Shown here piece by piece: positions 63,462 to 64,000 of a stretch of 64,000 nt of DNA. The notes under the pieces are model-generated. The model searched no databases and was not told where the DNA came from. It was given only the letters and a program-made list of their open reading frames with translations. The DNA comes from Mobula birostris (taxonomy: Eukaryota). A program made the position numbers and the translations under genes. Numbering within the stretch: position 1 is the first letter of the stretch; the number at the start of each line of letters is the position of its first letter. The stretch covers positions 12,962,012 to 13,026,011 of the forward strand of contig NC_092393.1 of the NCBI RefSeq assembly GCF_030028105.1. The letters run 5' to 3'.

Positions 63462-63716
63462 AGCAGCACAGTAGTGTGGTGGTTAGCTCAACGTTTTACA
63501 GTGCAGGCGACCTGGATTCAATTCCCACCCTTTCTCTAAGGAGTTTGTACATTCTCCCCATGTGTGCGTGGGTTTAATCCAGGTGCTCTGGTTTCCTCCC
63601 ACAGTCCAAAGTTGTAGGTAGTTTAATTGGTCACTGTAGATATAAATTGAGGGATTGCTGGGTGGCACAATCAGTGTGGAAGGGCCTATTCAGCACTGTA
63701 TTTCAATAAATAAATA
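63462..63716 (+). mobile_element. V-SINE with CR1-type tail
   Basis: tRNA head, ggattcaattccc B box, gtgggtttaatccaggtgctctggtttcctcccacagtccaaag, gaagggcctattcagcactgtat(aaat)n. Confidence 0.88.
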
Positions 63717-63892
63717 TATGTATTTCTCTACATAAGATAGTGTGGTTCATTAATTTGCATTACACTGCCACCTTTCAGTGTCAGTCACTGGTCAGAACGT
63801 TACAGCTAACTTTTTTGCATGACACCATGCATTCGTTCACAGTCTAAACTGCAGGAGGTGAGAAAAGAGCCAGAAAAATAGGGATACAATAG

Positions 63893-64000
63893 GGTCTTTT
63901 AAGACACTCTTGGACAGGTATATGGAGTTCAGAAAAGTAGAGGGTTATGGGCAACCCTAGGTAATTTCTCAGACAAGGACATATTCAGCACAGCTTTGTG
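63893..64000 (+). mobile_element. CR1 LINE 3' fragment running off the window
   Basis: tttaagacactcttggacaggtatatgg..gagggttatggg..cagcacagctttgtg. Confidence 0.7.

Overview
AT-rich vertebrate genomic DNA, almost certainly from a cartilaginous fish (probably a ray). This is inferred from the repeat complement: CR1 LINEs, Rex1/Babar-type LINEs, V-SINEs, Deu-core SINEs, Penelope-like elements (PLEs), and Tx1, RTE, Tc1, hAT and PIF/Harbinger remnants. I find no convincing host protein-coding exon, no rRNA or tRNA gene and no CRISPR array, so the window looks intronic or intergenic. The longer ORFs I could identify are transposon fragments. The most notable structures are: (i) many short PLE-derived insertions with minimal hammerhead ribozyme (HHR) motifs, one with an intact catalytic core, and several fold-back copies whose inversion point lies in the ribozyme, one centred on its ACGT stem III; (ii) a ~680-bp non-tRNA, YY1-motif-headed non-autonomous retroposon in two full-length copies; (iii) multi-level nested insertions with readable target-site duplications (TSDs); (iv) an unassigned ~60-bp motif present three times in direct and inverted orientation; (v) a repeat-free candidate cis-regulatory region near 49.4-49.8 kb. 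Family names come from recognising sequence motifs, not from database searches. Boundaries are approximate unless TSDs or terminal inverted repeats (TIRs) are quoted.
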